A stretch of 64,000 nt of DNA from a bacterium (GTDB taxonomy: Bacteria; Bacillota_I; Bacilli_A; RFN20; CAG-826): contig CAVDSY010000022.1 of assembly GCA_963611815.1 (NCBI GenBank), positions 93,539-157,538 of the forward strand, in the 5' to 3' direction. Positions 63,546 through 64,000 of this stretch are shown here, one piece after another; position 1 is the first letter of the stretch; every line of letters starts with the position of its first letter. Under the pieces are notes generated by a model, which was not told the origin of the DNA, searched no databases, and saw only the letters and a list, made by a program, of their open reading frames with translations. Position numbers and translations under genes: made by a program.

Positions 63546-64000
63546 ATGAACCTCACCCTAGCCAATGATTTGGGGGGTTTCTTCCAGGGCTTCTGGGGCA
63601 ATACGGGAATCGCGCAGTTCTTCGTCGATGGCGGATGGAAAAACGTCATCATGATCTGCATCGCCTGTTTGCTTCTCTACCTGGCCATCTGGAAAGAGGC
63701 CGAACCCTATTTGCTGATCCCGATGGGCATCGGTATGCTGCTCGCGAACCTGCCACTAAGCGGCATCTTCGAGACGAGCTACTCGCACATCGCGACCATC
63801 CAGGAGACCGTGAACGGTATCACCTACAATCCAGGGGACATCGTCCCGACGGCCGCCTACAAGCTGCAGACATACAAAGGCCTCCTCGGCCTCATTTACC
63901 CAGAAGGGGAGCAAGTGGTGGACGTCGCCAAGACCACGACTTCCTATAGCGGACTCCTCGGCTACCTCTATTACGGCATCAAGTTCGAGATCTACCCTTG
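63546..64000 (+). CDS. Na+-translocating decarboxylase beta subunit (OadB/GcdB/MmdB family), N-terminal part; continues right of the window
   Basis: Manual translation from ATG 63546 is open to the window end: MNLTLANDLGGFFQGFWGNTGIAQFFVDGGWKNVIMICIACLLLYLAIWKEAEPYLLIPMGIGMLLANLP... The LYLAI.K..EP.LLIP.G.G.L..N block is typical of beta subunits. Confidence 0.75.
   Translation, partial: MNLTLANDLGGFFQGFWGNTGIAQFFVDGGWKNVIMICIACLLLYLAIWKEAEPYLLIPMGIGMLLANLPLSGIFETSYSHIATIQETVNGITYNPGDIVPTAAYKLQTYKGLLGLIYPEGEQVVDVAKTTTSYSGLLGYLYYGIKFEIYP

Noticed and set aside
1-64000. CRISPR arrays, rRNA genes, tandem repeats, IS elements, prophage or toxin-antitoxin modules
   Set aside because: No regularly spaced direct repeats, no rRNA-like sequence, and no transposase, integrase, capsid or TA-like small gene pairs were recognised in any frame.

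Overview
64-kb chromosomal segment, by eye about 50-55% GC, standard code 11 (TGA is a stop). The gene content looks like an anaerobic Firmicutes/Mollicutes-like bacterium, but taxonomy cannot be fixed from the sequence alone. About 55 protein genes are tightly packed, many with ATGA or short overlaps, plus 4 tRNA genes. No rRNA, CRISPR array, transposase, integrase or prophage genes were seen.

Content from left to right:
- ackA, then glycogen genes glgB-glgP and guaD.
- A glycoside-utilisation block: GH78-like hydrolase, GPH sugar symporter, GH2, and GH36 alpha-galactosidase.
- A stand-alone initiator tRNA, an acyltransferase and rubrerythrin.
- A tRNA-Asp/tRNA-Phe pair, followed by a lower-GC islet. 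The islet carries a solitary HinP1I/MspI-like restriction endonuclease gene and a GT4 glycosyltransferase.
- P-type ATPase, flavoredoxin-like gene, TrpF-like gene, xth, a heterodimeric ABC exporter and an HMA protein.
- An MFS transporter, then one long co-directional array: PLC-like, Nudix-like, cls, Fe-ADH, galM-galT-galK, malQ, rimO.
- tRNA-Thr, degV, a lipoprotein phosphoesterase and a membrane protein.
- The conserved operon rimP-nusA-ylxR-ylxQ-infB-rbfA-(X)-truB-ribF, where X is an opposite-strand PP-loop-like gene.
- typA, an IT-superfamily permease and glxK.
- A pseudokinase-like membrane sensor, a HisKA_3 kinase and a LuxR-type regulator.
- A split Na+-pump oxaloacetate-decarboxylase-type cluster, cut off at the window end.

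No single obvious multi-gene novel system stands out. The most interesting items:
1. The orphan restriction-endonuclease islet next to tRNA-Phe, and an inverted copy of the tRNA-Phe 5' half just upstream.
2. The degenerate PP-loop gene inserted antisense into the rbfA-truB junction.
3. The three-gene sensor module next to the decarboxylase cluster.
4. Three unusually long non-coding gaps (54.06-54.62, 57.05-57.55 and 61.03-61.51 kb). The first ends in a strong orphan terminator.
5. An initiator tRNA with atypical identity elements.

All family assignments come from motif recognition by eye and memory. No searches were run.
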